Shown here: in pieces, positions 39,030 through 53,290 of the stretch
Numbering within the stretch: the first letter of the stretch is position 1
Layout of the letters: every line of letters starts with the position of its first letter
Assembly: GCF_006345805.1 (NCBI RefSeq)
Contig: NC_043017.1
Location: 8,556,001-8,620,000 of the forward strand
Direction of reading: 5' to 3'
Length of the DNA stretch: 64,000 nt
From: Octopus sinensis
Lineage: Eukaryota
Translations under genes and position numbers: made by a program
Notes under the pieces: generated by a model
Seen by the model: only the letters and a program-made list of their open reading frames with translations
Told to the model about the DNA's origin: nothing
The model's database searches: none

Positions 39030-40413
39030 AAGACACGCAATACTTCCCTCTCAATGAAACATCCAACTCTTCCCAATATACTGCTATAAAATATGATGAA
39101 GTGACATAGGAGCCTCTCCATGGACACTCAGCCATCTATGCCTTACACATAGAACACTTTGGATAGGGTTGTCCAGGGTACATACATATCTATCTATCTA
39201 TATGTTTGTTTTTTATGCCCAGTTGTACTTGAAATAGTTTAGCATTAAACTAAAAGAATTACTCAGTACATTTTTGTAGAGAATGTATTTATTAAACTTG
39301 TACAAAAAAAGTGGGGTGAAAGTAACTTCAAAGCTTCAGCCTGCTGGCCTTTGTTGGACTGTGTGTGTGTGTGAAAAGATTAAATGGTCACAGTTGGAGT
39401 GTCTCTGTTCATAAGTCTACTCCATGAAGGTTGTCTTGGATTTAAACAACAACAATGTTGTAATATGTGGATGCTCGACCTGTTAAAAATAGTAGCCAAA
39501 CTTCATGAAAATCACATCTTAGCTTTAATAAAAACCAACCAAAAAAAAAAAAAAAAGGAAGAATATAATAGATAATATTGTCCTAGATCCAGCTTGACCA
39601 GAAAAATGATGGGATGGTCATGGCAGGAAATACTTTTGATCGTATACTGAACAAAATATTGGGAATGAATAGAAACATCAAAGCAATTTAGTCTATAAAG
39701 AATCTCATGGCTTACCCAATGCTTTGTTTTTTTTCATGTCAATAATTTTTTTTATCCTTTTTTATTTGAAATATTATTTTTGCCTTGATTTTAATAGATT
39801 TTGCTTTCTATATGAAAGGTTCCTCATGTGTGCATATCGGTTTGTTTATTATTTTTTCCCTTTTTCTCTTCAAGAAAATCTGTTTATTGTTTGTTTTTGT
39901 ATCTTGCATTCAAGTGAAATTTATAAATTGTTAAATTGTTTTGAAAACAGTTCTTGTCATTTAGCTAAAAATATATTTTTTTGTCATGGGAAGTTGTGGC
40001 TGGGAAATCATCATTGTTTAACATCCGCCTTCCGTGCTGGCATGGGGTGGATGGTTTGACAGGAGCTGGCCAGGCAGGATCCTGCACCAGACTTCTGGGT
40101 CTGTTTTGGCACAGTTTTTATGGTTGGGTGCCATTCCTAACACCAACCACCCAGCAGAGTGGACTGAGGGCTTTTTACATGGCACCAGCAGAGGCGAGAT
40201 CAGTTTTGGCAAGGTTTTTACAGCTGGATGCCCTTCCAAATGCTGACCACTTTACAGTCTTTATTTTGCAAAAAATATACGTGTGTGTGTGTGTGTGTTA
40301 AAACTGAGAGAAAGAGTAATTAAGAGGTTGGAAAAGTGAATAATAAATTCAGTCAAAAACCTAATACCCCTGCTTTCATACCAGCATATTGGCAAGTAAT
40401 TATTCCTCTAGAG

Positions 40414-40734
40414 CAGTGGTTCTCAGCTGAGGTCCATGTGACTCCTGAGAGTCCACACAACAATATAGTAAATTGGGGATCTACAATAGTATTTTAAGGG
40501 CCTCTGAAAAACTTTTGCTTTAGACATATGTATTGGTTTGTATTGCAAGTAACAGCTAGGTTTCTTTCTCTAACATTTTACATAGCTCAATCTACACAAA
40601 TTAATGTGTGAAAACATTAATAAATAACATTCTATAAAACTAGTTTTTAAAGATCGAATGGCTATGGGGTTCATCAGAATTAAATAGCAATCAAAGGGGG
40701 TCCATAGATAAAAAAAAATGGTTGAGAACCCCTG
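40414..40734. mobile_element. hAT (Charlie-like) MITE
   Basis: TIR CAGTGGTTCTCA / TGAGAACCCCTG; TSD CTCTAGAG/ATCTAGAG. Confidence 0.8.
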
Positions 40735-41605
40735 ATCTAGAGCATGTATCTGTCATTCAGCCATCATGACTACCAACTAAAAATCTCTGGAGAAGTCGTT
40801 GTGCTCTTAGCACAAATCTAGTTGACATTATGTAGATGTGTCCCTAAAATGGACTTGACTACATAAGTAAACCATACTGTGCATATATATGTATGATGTC
40901 CCTGAAACTGACACAACTTGTAAAAAAAAAATAATAATAAATAGGTTAATAGAAGAACTAAAGTTTGTGGTAATGATAAAATCTGTTAAAAATAAATAGA
41001 ATCAATAATGTTCTAATTTTGATAATAAATATTATTAACAATATTCAGGAAAACAAATCAAAACTGCTTACCATTTTTTGGTGGGGTATTTTGGGGGGGA
41101 AACGTTTTAATATATAAATGAAATTTTAAGAATAAAAATTTATTTTGAATAAAAATATATTTATTTTAAATAAATTTATCATAAATAAAAAACTTTATTT
41201 ATTTTAACTTTTCATTCGAAATGAAAATTTATTTATTTAAAATTTACAAATACAATTGTTCTCAAAATAAAAAATTGAGAAACATTAAAAAAAAATGCAA
41301 AATTTATTCTCTGAATTCTTTTATCTTAAATTTCATAACATTTACCAATTTCTGTTTCACCAGATTTAAGACAAAAAAAAAAAAGAAATTCAGAAACCAA
41401 TTTTTTTGGTTTTGGTTTGTTTTCTGAGGTTATTTCACTTTTAAATTTGATTAAAATTTCACTAATTCAATTTTTACAATTTCATTTTTTTTTTTTTTCT
41501 TAAAAATATTTTTCTTTTTAGAAAAGAACTTGTTTTCATCTCATATTTTATGGTTGAAAGAGTCAAACAAATTTTTTCTCATGCTTTATTGTTCCATTGT
41601 TTTAG

Positions 41606-41692
41606 GACTACTGAAGAAGGGCAACCCAAAGATGACCAATTCACCAATATCCTTGAAGCAGCCAAACAAAAGAGAAAGGAAAGTGGACCACT
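41606..41692 (+). CDS. Myo3: Myosin III tail exon (TTEEGQPKDDQFTNILEAAKQKRKESGP)
   Basis: ttttAG acceptor, CT|GTGAGT donor, 87 nt, phase 2-2. Confidence 0.8.
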
Positions 41693-43429
41693 GTGAGTTG
41701 ATCTTTGGTTATTCCTCGGTGGAATGGAGGTGGTGTAGGAGGGAGGGAGGCTCTTTGAAGTAAATATAAACTCTCAACTCTGATGAAAATAAAATGAATC
41801 TCAAATGCAGAATAGATATTCATGGTTGATGCCATATGATGATGCAGAAACCTATGCAGGCCACAATCTAATGATGCTGTTTGTAACCCAATGTGTTTTC
41901 ACACAATTTTCCCTCAAGACTACTTCTACAGTGAACAGTCTTCCCATGTTCAAATGTACACAAAATTGTTAAATATCATTGTACATGCGCACAGATATTC
42001 AACACTACTTCTTGCAACTCTGTTTAATTAATTCCAGCTTGCCTAAAGCTTTACACACACCAGCAAATTTATTGTTTGCTATTCTTATATTATAGAACTT
42101 TCATTTTGATGGGGTTGTGGAGGATGATGTGTAACAACGCAGAGATGCATGTGTCCTGTGATTCAATGATGTCATTTGTTGCCCAGTGTGTTTTCACACA
42201 TATTGTCTTTGAGGAGAAATGTTTTCTCTGAGACTTCTTCCACAGCAAAAGGTCTTCTCACATTCAAATATACACAAACATGTTAAATATTATTGTACAT
42301 GCATATATAGGTGCAGGTGTAGCTGTGTGGTAAGAAGTTTGCTTCCCAACCACATTGTTCAGGGTTCAGTCCCACTGCATGGTACCTTGGGCAAGTGTTC
42401 TCTATGATAGCCTTGAGTAAATTTGGTAGGCAGAATCTGAAAAAAGCCTGCCGTCATCATCATTTAACATCCGCTTTCCATGCTGGCATGGGTTGAACGG
42501 TTTGACTGAGGACTGGCAAGCCAGAAGGCTGCACCAGGCTCCAATCTAATCCAGCAAGGTTTCTACAGCTGGATGCCCTTCCTCATGCCAACCACTCTGT
42601 GAGTGTAGTGGGTGCTTTTTATGTGCCACCAGCATAGGAACCAGCCAGGCGGCACTGGCAACGCCCACGCTTGAATGGTGCTTTTACGTGCGGCACTGGC
42701 ATTGACCACAGTTGTATGGTGCTTTTTATGTGCCAGTCAGGTGGTACTGGTATCAGTCACGATAGCGGCCATATATATATATATGTAAATGGGGGGGGGG
42801 GGTCATTGTGTCTATGTTTGTCCACCACCAGTGCATGGCAACTAGTGTTGTTGTGTTTACATCCTCATAACTTACCAGTTCTCCAAAAGATACTAATAGA
42901 AAAAGTGCCAAGCTTAAAAAGAGATAAGTACTGGGGTTGATTTGTTTGACTAAAATTCTTCAAGGTGGTGCCCCAGCATGGCCACAGTAGAAACAAGTAG
43001 AAGGTAGAAGACATCATTTATATAATTACATAATTAACTAATTACATATTTAGGTCTTCATTTACCACTCTCCATCATCTAAATTTCATCATGTAAATCA
43101 TGTTTTAGTTTCACCTGTCACCTATATTTTCTTTTACCTCCGTTGTCCCCAATCATTTACTTTCAATCACCTGTCATCAGTCATTTGCTTTATCTTCATC
43201 TATCACCTGTGTTATCTTCCCCAATCTCATTTTCCTACTGTAATCACTTTCAATGTTCTTACCTGGCATCATTCATTCAATTTACTTCACCTGTCAGCCA
43301 CATTACTGTTATCACCTCCACCACCTTCATCTATTTATTATGCCTATCATCCATCGACTACTAAATCAAGCAAGCTGTCCTCTCTCTTTCTTTGTCTATT
43401 CCTTCACTGCAAACCAATTTCTTTTCCAG

Positions 43430-43732
43430 CCCCGTCCCTAGATTTGCTGATGAAATAGATGATGAAGGTGAGAAGGAATTAGAGGAATTCTTTGAAGAGA
43501 ACACCAAAACAGAATTAGCGAAGAAATGTGAGACCCAAGTGACCGCAAGGATCCTGTCGATGATGTTCAGTCACATGGCAATGTATGAGTCCGATGAGGA
43601 ATCAGATTTCTCGGAGTCTGGTGATGAAGAGATGATCAACTATTCCGAATTAGATGCGCCTGCAGTACGAGACAGAATTAATTTATTTGAAATGGGTTCT
43701 GTTTCGCATATTCAGACCCCAATAATGAAAAG
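43430..43732 (+). CDS. Myo3: Myosin III acidic tail exon (PVPRFADEIDDEGEKELEEFF...AVRDRINLFEMG...TPIMK)
   Basis: ttttccAG acceptor, AG|GTAAGA donor, 303 nt, phase 2-2, coding-like composition. Confidence 0.85.
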
Positions 43733-44310
43733 GTAAGAAGGAAAATAATATTAAGTTTTTTTCTTTGTTTAGGGAGTAGTATTGTATATGTATACATATA
43801 TATTTGATGTTTGGTTTTTGTTTTTTGTTTTAACATTGACAGGGCCCGGTCCATAGCTTTTTCCTTTTCTTTTTCTTTTTTTAATCTCTCTGATCTTGCA
43901 ATAAATAAAATAGATGGAGAGTTGGTTGAGGTCAACAGTGTTGATGCTCAATTTAAAATGATGCAGATATGAGTGTATGTATGTGTGTATATATGTGCAT
44001 GTGTATATTTATGTGTGTGTGTGTATATATATATATATATGTGTGTATGTATGTATATGTATGTATATATATATATATACACATATATATGCATATATGT
44101 GTGTAGGTATATATATATGTATGTATGTATATATATTGGGCTTAAAATGTAGTAACATAATTCTTTATAGAACAGCCACGTTATAGTGGTAAAAAAAAAA
44201 AAAAAACTTACTGTCTACTATTGTTGTTATTTACATCTCGTTTAGAGATTTTAGAACAAGTTATTTTGCACCTTAAGTAAACAGCAGCAGTTGTCTGCCG
44301 CTTCTGTTTA

Positions 44311-44841
44311 TACAAGGGTGAGTCAAAAAGTAATGCCACTTTGTTTAGGACAGGTATAATTACCAACACAGGAACACGTATCATACATCAAAATGAAGCT
44401 GGTCCTCTGTGGATCACATCCCTACATCTCAACATAGTCACTGTTTCTCTCAATAGCAATGTTCCACCTTTGAATAAGAGCATGTATCCCTGCCCCATAA
44501 AATTCTGTTGACTGTTCTTTGAGCCACTTCTTCACTACAATTTTCACTTCCTTGTCACTGGATTAATGTTTGCCTCTCAAATCCTCTTTCATGGGACCGA
44601 AGAGATGATAATCCAGTGACAAGGAAGTGAAAACTGTAGTGAAGAAGTGGCTCAAACAACAGTCGACAGAATTTTACAGGACAGGGATACATGCTCTCAT
44701 TCGAAGGTGGAACATTGCTATTGAGAGTAACGGTGACTAAGTTGAGAAGCAGGGATGTGATCCACAGAGGACCAGCTTCATTTTGATGTATGATGTCCCT
44801 GTCCGAAACAAAATGGCATTGCTTTTTGACTCACCCTTGAA
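44311..44841. mobile_element. Fold-back element made of two inverted mariner 3' ends
   Basis: Arms 44311-44565 and 44609-44841 are reverse complements. The right arm encodes DKEVKTVVKKWLKQQSTEFYRTGIHALIRRW; TIR CAAGGGTGAGTCAAAAAG. Confidence 0.85.
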
Positions 44842-44995
44842 TATTGTGAGCGGAGATGAGTGACTGCCATCTCTAGCAGGCAGGTGTCCAGTACCTATAT
44901 CTTGTTTAGAGATTTCAGAACTAGCTATTTTGCTCCTTACGTGTATGTATATGTGTGTATATAGGTACATGTGTATGCATGTGTATATATGTGTG

Positions 44996-45054
<59 letters not shown>

Positions 45055-45063
45055 GTATGTGTG

Positions 45064-45094
<31 letters not shown>

Positions 45095-45990
45095 GTATGT
45101 GTGTGTATATAGGTACACGTGTATGCATGCATGCATGTATATATATATATATATACACACACATGCGCGTGCAAACACATATGTATTTCCACTGGTATGG
45201 CTGTGTGGTAAGAAGCTTGCTTCTCAACCACATGGCTCTGGGTTCAGTCCCACTGTGTAGCACCTTGAACAAGTGTCTTCAATATACCCTCGGGCAGAGC
45301 AAAGCCTTCTGAGTGCATTTGATAGGTGGAAACCAAAAGAACCCCATCATATATGTGTGTTCCACTACAACTTGACAACCGGTGTTGGTTTGTTTGCATT
45401 GCCGCAACCTAGCGGTTCAACAAAAAGTACCAGGCTTAAAAAATAAGCACAGAGGTCGATTTGTTAGACTAAACTCTTTAAGATGGTGCCCCAGCATGGC
45501 CGCAGTCAACTGTCTGAAACATGAGAAACCCAGTCTCACTCCACTTGAGTGCTCTCCCTTGAATAATATATTTGTGTCTCGCTCTGAAAAAATGAATGCT
45601 CTCCCTTTAATTTTAAGATCTCTTCTGTTAAGCAGAAATGTTCCTGTGTGCGAACCCAACAGTTGTTTTTTTTTTTTTACATTAAATTCCGATACAATCT
45701 ATATCATTGGGAAAGTATTTGTGGTAAATTTCACTGAAAAATACTGATTTTCTGATGTCGTGGTTGTGTGGTAAGAAGCTTGCTTCCCAACCACATTGTT
45801 TCGAGTTCAATCCCATATAGTTCATGACTCTTTATTTTCACACACGATGAATGCCTAAGCCTAGAATTGGAAGTATACCATAATACTGCTCGCTATTTGG
45901 TAAGGGTGTGCGAGCTCTATTTTGTACTCTAATACGTTCCAAACGGAATAAACCTTCAATATAAATATATATATATATATATATATACAT

Positions 45991-46291
45991 ACTAGCAGTA
46001 TCGCCCGGCGTTGCTCGGGTTTGTAAGGGAAATAACTATATAAGCATTTTTAAAGAGTTACTTCCCTTATATAAACCGAGCAAAAAATGCATTAAAAAAC
46101 GAAAACAAATTATGGTAAATTTTTTTTTAAATCGTAGACTCATCGTAGACGCGCGCAAATACCCAGAAGGGCTCGATATGAATCACGTCTATAAGATACC
46201 CGCTTTTGGTTAAACTGCACCGCAAAATGTGGGAGTAGTTAGGAATCTAAATCGGAGGAGACAGACTCTCACACAACTTCAGTTTTATATA
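45991..46291 (-). mobile_element. Non-autonomous Helitron-like element
   Basis: Minus strand ends with GC hairpin CCCGAGCAACGCCGGG, then CTAG|T. CpG-rich relative to flanks, so probably young. Lies about 100 bp upstream of the last Myo3 acceptor. Confidence 0.68.
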
Positions 46292-46394
46292 AACATTTTT
46301 CAATAAGTGTGCTGACCAATATATGTATACATCACTCTGCTTCTGAAAAATCTTAAGTGAGTTGTTTCCCTTTTTTTTTTTTTCTCCTGTCCAG

Positions 46395-46566
46395 GCGACC
46401 ATCCGGTTCTCCAGATTTCAGTTCTTTTCAGCAGGCCACTGATGTAAGTGGTTCTCTCTTGGCTTTCAATGACGATGAGGAAGGAAACTCTACAGACTTG
46501 CGAAGTGTTTTGAAACGGAGTGGAAACCTCGAGGCTCTTTTGTACGAAGATGGAATCCTGGAATAA
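46395..46566 (+). CDS. Myo3: Terminal coding exon of myosin III (RPSGSPDF...TDLRSVLKRSGNLEALLYEDGILE*)
   Basis: Poly-T plus ccAG acceptor in phase 2, stop TAA at 46564-46566. Contains a DFRxxL-like motif, as at the end of Myo3A tails. Confidence 0.83.
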
Positions 46567-49500
46567 TTTCTATATTTTTTGTGTTTGTTTTTGATTTTTT
46601 TTTTTTTTTGGTTAAAGATTCCTCAAAAAAGGCTCACACAACACTTAATTGAATTACACCGCGTTTGGTAAATTTTTTACTAAAACGGACAAATTGAAAG
46701 ATAGGTAATATAGCCAGCAACTGTGTGAAATATCAGAAGAATGCTATCAACTATAATAGAGTAGTAGAAAGACCTAGCAAGCTCCCCTGCTTCTCTCTCT
46801 CTTCACCCCTAACCCTTTATAGTCACATCTCCTTCATTCTTCCTCCTGTTGACATTTGAGTTTTTCTTCCCTGTGAGAAACAAAATCCAGTTTGACTTTT
46901 TAATTTATGAATTCAACTTTTTATTTGTCTCAAGCCATGACAAAAAGAAAAAAAATGTATGGAAGAACATTATGAAAATGGAAACCTGGCAAAAAAATGT
47001 ATGGAAGAACATTAAGAGCAATATTACTTAGATATTTCAGTTCTATAGAAACCTATACATACAATACTACTTACCTCTGACTTGTGTGCTGTAATAGTCT
47101 CACCACCACAAACACCACACCTAGGTCTGGTCCCTGTATTTCAATATGTTGGACCCGTGTGCACATCTTATATCAATAGACCTTTTTCTCTTTAGTTCAA
47201 AGCTGTATTTATTATTCAAACTTACACAACTCCATCTTGTCTAATTATCACCCTACCTGTGTCTCTATGAAAGTATGTGTGGCTGGAGAGAGAAAAAAAA
47301 ACCATGTCATTATCTCCCTTCCCAATTTATGTAAAACCTAAACACACAGACACACACACACATCAGTGGCATAGCTAGAGTGTGTGTGTGTGTATGCGTG
47401 TGTGCCATCCAGGGGCAGCCCTTGAGTTTGCTGAGCCTCCAAAACCTAAATGATTTTACAGCAACCTCCAAGTTTACTGCCTTCACAAAAGCGTGACCTA
47501 GGGTGGACTGCCCCCACCTCCCTAGTTACGCAACCAACACACAATTTACATGATTAAATATGAAGCCTGATCTATGATTAAACCTAAGTACACCTGTTTA
47601 TATTTATTCACTCATCTCTCTCTCTCTCTTTTCTGTATGTCTTGTGTGTTGAGAAACTTATTGATTCTATCTTTTAGTTTATGTAATGAAAGAAAAATTA
47701 GGCAAAACCTTACCTTAAATTTGAGGGCAAATCTAAAACTGAACACAAAATGTCTACATTTATATTTTTAAAATTTAGTTTGAATGCTGGCATATAGGAT
47801 TTTCATGAAGGAGGATCAGTTAAGAGATAGAAGCAGAGACAAATTGTGCGCCATATATTGGAGGGATATTGAGGGTCTTTTTTTGAAACAGATTTTGGTA
47901 TTAGGGACCAGGAAATAACATTGAGTTTTATACATTGGTATAACATAACTACGTTAAGATTAGAACCAACAAGTGATAATTCACTGAGTGGTTTACACAT
48001 ACAAAGCATCTATTGTGATTTAACCGACAAGGAAGCTTGTCATACCGGTGTGTGACTTGTCATACAGCCTCTTATATAACAGATTTTGTTAACCCAATTT
48101 TGAAAGGGCTGTTTGTTGTCCCTAATTCTTTCATGATTGAGGATGTGTTCTGTTTATTTATTTATTGTTTCTGAAACAAAATAAAAAAGAGAGAGAAAAC
48201 TCCTTCTATAATTCGCTATGCCCCTCCGACTTCACTCTCTCGCTATGTTAGGTACATAATGTATTATATTGTTTTGCAAATATTCTCATCTTTAATTAGT
48301 TACTAATCCGACAGAAATAGCTTTATCAAATGGCAATTAGAATAAACTATAGATGAACTTCCAGGAAATTCTGCACATTTTTCCTTTTCAGTGTACACAT
48401 GTATGTGCATATATATGACAATAAATGCATCTATATTTAAACATATATGTACATACTTAGAAGTTTGAATTTGTATGTAAAGTTGTTATAGCTGAATCAT
48501 GCTTTGCATTCAAACCTTCTTGTCCCTGGTAGGAAATTATGCTCTATTTTTCTTTCTCTTTTTGGTTACAATAATGTCAGCCAGGTTCTTTCTTGTTTAC
48601 ATTTTAAGAAGCAACTTTCCACTTACGAATCAACTCTTTGGAACAGAGAAGGGTCAGTACATTCTGATGAGTATTAAAGAAGGTGAAACTCATCAGTCCA
48701 ATTCTCGTCCCAAGCAGCCGAAAAGAGCCTTGTGCTTAGATAACAGGGCCTAATTTCACAGCGAAACTACTTCTGAATAAAGTATTTTCTGTATCGCTTT
48801 TCTGTAAACAAGAAGACCTGTTAGTTCAGAGAAACCCTGTCAGTATTTTATCTTGCTTCCCTTTGCTCCTCCAATATTGGTAATATAACATCATCGAATA
48901 CTTTTAAACTGTCACCAATTCTTAAATCCACTCCCACCTTTTCACTTCCTTGTTATTGCCAGATTTATCAAAGACACATGTTTTTCGTGACTAATTTTTT
49001 CGGTGAAAAGGAGTAAGAAAGATCGCCTAAAATGGACATATCTTCTTGCAGAAATGTTTCTATCGAGCGTTTGTAACTAAACTAAGTCTGATAACAGTTT
49101 TCTTTGGGTTTTTTTTTTTTCTCCATTTGATAAACACAAGTCATTGACGAGATGCAGCAAGATGAATTTTTAATCCTGCAAATGTGGCAAACCACATTTT
49201 TTGTTTTAACTAATCAGATACGTTATTGATTATTGCTGCAGAATAGATTTAAAGACTTATCATATTAATCTGAATAATGATAATGGTGTGACATGGCTGG
49301 TACAAAAACTGGTTGTCATCTATGTTATATAGGCCAGCGTGTTAAAAGGTTAGACAACCAAAATAGAGGAGAAAAAAAAGAGAAAACAATCAACAACTGT
49401 TATCAAGAAACGGCTTCGAACTGGTTTAGTCTGACAATAAATAAACCAGACATTGTTTTTTGGGTTTTTTTTTTGTTTTCAATGGAAAAAGAATAAAAAA

Positions 49501-51703
49501 TCTTTTCTTTCTTTTCATTTTAAAATTAAAAGTTGTCTCAATGTTTTCACACTTCAACTGGTTATTTGAGATAAATTCTATGTGATTATACATCAATTTA
49601 ACTTTTTTTGTTGGAGGGGGGCAAAGCTAAATAAATTATGAAGAATGAAAGAAAACAGAAAAAAGTATCTACAAATTATTATTACCATTCAAGGGACACA
49701 TATTCACCTCTGCACATTAAGTTCTATGACTTGTAAAAAAAAAACTGACTACTTTGGAATAGAAAAATATTTGAAATGGAAAAAAAAAAAAATAATAATA
49801 ATAATAATATGCACTTATCTAATTAGAGTTTTCAAAAATAAATATTTCAATTTTTACCAAATTATCTCATGGGGAGTTTTGGGGGGGGGGCAACAAAAGA
49901 TTGTTTCTGCAAATTATTTAGATTTTCATTTTTTTTTTTATCTGTATAAAAAAAAAAAAAAAAAAAACAGTTGTGATGCATAAATCAAAAGTTCAGTCTA
50001 GCTGGGTGGGAATTTGCAAAAGAGAGAAAGATTTTACAGAAGAAGGTTTTTTTGTATTTGTACATGAAGTTGAAAAAAAAAAAATTAACAAGATTTTGTA
50101 AATTCCTATGGAAATAGTCTTTCTATTTTCATATAAGGTATTGGTTCCTCCCAGCACAATCCCATTATTATTATTATTATTATTATTTCCACCGTGGTTG
50201 ACTTTGTCTTTCATCCTTTCAATAAATTAATACCAGTGAAATACTAGGGTCGATGTAAACAACTAGCCCCCTCCCCACAAACTTCAGGCCTTGTGCCTAT
50301 AGTAGAAAGGATTATTATTATCATCATCATCATCATCATCATCATCAAGGCGGCAATATGGCAGAATCATTAGCATAGCAGGCAGAATGCTTAGCAGCAT
50401 TTCCCCCATCTTTTCATTCTGAGTTCAAATTCCGCCAAGGTTGACTTTGCCTTTCATCCTTTCGGGGTTGATGAAATAAGTACCAGTGAAATACTGGGGG
50501 TCAATGTAATCGACTAGTCCCCTCCTCCAAATTTCAGGCCTTGTGTCTATAGTAGAAAGGATTATTATTATAATTAAGGTGGCAAACTGGCATAATCATT
50601 AGCATACCAGGTGAAATGCTTAGCGGTATTTTGTTTGCCACTATATTCTGAGTTCAAATTCCGCCAGGATTGGCACGTGCCAGTTACACATAAGGGTCGA
50701 TGTAATTGGCAAGTCCTTGCCCCAACAATTTCAGACCTTGTGCTTTAGTAGAAAGGATTATTCTTATTAATTTTAATTAGTATTAGTGCTAATTAGAAGG
50801 CTCAAATTTGGTAGAAATTGGACAAGAAAGTACCTATCTGTCATGTATCGTTCCATCCTTCAACATGACGTTCAGAGATCAAATCCTGATAGGTTTTTAT
50901 ACTTTGCTTTCTATATGATTGGAACTCGATACAATAGTACCAGTAATCCCCTGGGAACCTTGTGCTAATTCAGTAAATAAATAAATCAGTTACAAACCAG
51001 ATTTCCTTCATATTTTTAGTAAATATACTCTTAAGATTTGGAAAAAAAATATTGTCTTCTAAATGACTTTAATTTGATGATGATTAGCATTTACACAAAA
51101 AAATGATTTCCCTTTTTTTTTTTTCTATTTTCAAAAATTCTACTAATTTCATGTTTAAAATTCCAAATTATAGAATTAATATTTTATTAGAATTCACTAT
51201 ATGTAATTATAGATATTTTTTTTTTTTAATAATAATAATATAAACAAAATTGCTTTATTAAAATAATTTCCTGATTGAAATATTTTTCTCAAATCTTGGG
51301 TGGTAAAATGTATTTATTAATTTTTTTTTTTTGGTAAAAAACAAAAAACAAAAATTTATTCAAGTGGCGGAGTAAATACTTTACAATATTTATTCCAGCC
51401 CTTTATTTCTGTGTTCAAATCCCATCAAGGCCAACTTTGCCTTTTGTCCTTTCAGGGGGATCAATAAAATAAAGTACCAGGCAAGTACTGGGGTCGATAG
51501 TTTTTGACTATTCCCCTTCCCAAATTTGAGGCCTTGTGCCTATTTAAGGAAATTATTATCATTAATATTATTATTACTATTATTACTACTACTAATTATT
51601 ATTATTAATATTGTATTGTTTACTTTTGATATATTTCATCCTGTAAAATCACAGTATATGTATACATTGGATGGACGGACAAACATATGTGTATATATAT
51701 ATG

Positions 51704-51746
<43 letters not shown>

Positions 51747-52784
51747 ATATGTGATGTGTGTATGTGTGTATATATATATATAGATATATATATAAAATGT
51801 ATAGTTGATGGACATGGGAGAAGCGGTATACACTGTAAAGTTTTTAAGAAGAATAAAGAAGAAGAAAAAGAAACAAAATGAAAAGATGTTGAACTGAATA
51901 ATTTTTCAAAAGAACTATTTCATTTTGGAGAGCGGCCCCTGGGTCAAGGCAATTTCTCCTTTTCATGTGTAGCTGTTTACTATTTTACTCTGATTTTATT
52001 TCTTAAAACAATCTTGCCTCTTCCTACACCATCTGCAACAATTTCTGATTCCGATAAACAATAAACGGATTTGACTAGTTTGATTTTTTTTTTTTTTTCT
52101 AGTTCTTGATGATATCTTGTTCCACAGAAAATGGATTTTTAGAAATAAAAAAAAAAGTGGAAATAAAAAAAATTAACTAAATTACAAATCGTGCTCCAGC
52201 ATGACCACAGCTACCCGGCTGAAACGAATAAAAGAATCCACAGACACATGTAGACCTCTTTGTTAAAACTCTACTAGAAATTCATCCTTTTCACAAACCA
52301 ACCCTCTTTTTTTTCTTTAAAAAAAAAAAAGATTTCCTTTTTGAATCACCTTAGTTTCAGCAGTTCTTCACCTTTTGTTGTTCTACTCGCTTAGAGTTTG
52401 ATTAACAAAGATTATTTATTGATTTCTTTAAATATTTCAGACAATACTTTTTCCTTCCTTTCATTTTGTGTCCACCTTTTTTCCTTTTTTTAGAGAAGGT
52501 CTTACATAGATCAATTGATAAGGCTGACATTTAAATGAAAGGGGAGAGAGAGAGAAAACGAAGGAGGTGTATGTGTGTGAGTATGTGTGTGGGTATATAT
52601 ACGATATATAAATAAAAAATATATATATACATATACATGCAAGCACACACACACGCACATGCGTGGATACTTGTGTGTATGAATGTGCGCAAGTGTGCCT
52701 GTGCAGCATTACCATGTCATATCTATCAATTTGTATGGATTTTCAGTAAATGTATGACCCATTATTCTGTTGTTCAATTGTTTT

Positions 52785-53290
52785 TATTTCTACACTGCGT
52801 TGCTCCCTTTCAAAAATACTGTAACCCCATACAGGGACAACAGTAACATTCTTCAGTAAAAATTTCTACCCTTTTACTACAACCTATAAAACTACAATAT
52901 TACCATACTGGAGCAACAGCTAACTTTATTTTGTCAAATAAACTTTGAATAAATTCTTTCTACATTGTGCTGCTCCCTTTAAAAATATTGTATTACCATT
53001 CTGGGGCGACAATAACATTCTTCAGTGAAATAAACTTTGTTAAATTATTTCTACAATTCACTACTCCTTTTAAAAATACGGTATTATCAGTCTGGGGCAA
53101 CAGCGAACTTTCTTTCATGAAATGAATTTTGATAAATTCTTTCTACATTATAGATCCATCATGGAGCTACATTTCTCAGTCAAATAAACCATAATGAATT
53201 TTTTCTACAATCTGCTACTCCCTATAAAAATACTGCACTACCACCCTGGGGCAACAACTAATATTTTTCAGTCAAATATTCTTTGCTATA
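52785..53290. repeat. Degenerate minisatellite of about 90 bp, about 6 units
   Basis: Recurring TTCTACA..CT.CTCC..T.AAAAATA.TGTATTACCA..CTGGGGCAACA at about 91-bp spacing. Confidence 0.75.

Noticed and set aside
48664-48698. CTGATGA...GAAAC...GTC hammerhead look-alike
   Set aside because: Stem II and stem I do not pair; it is better explained as a CTGATGAG/CTCATCAG hairpin or chance.
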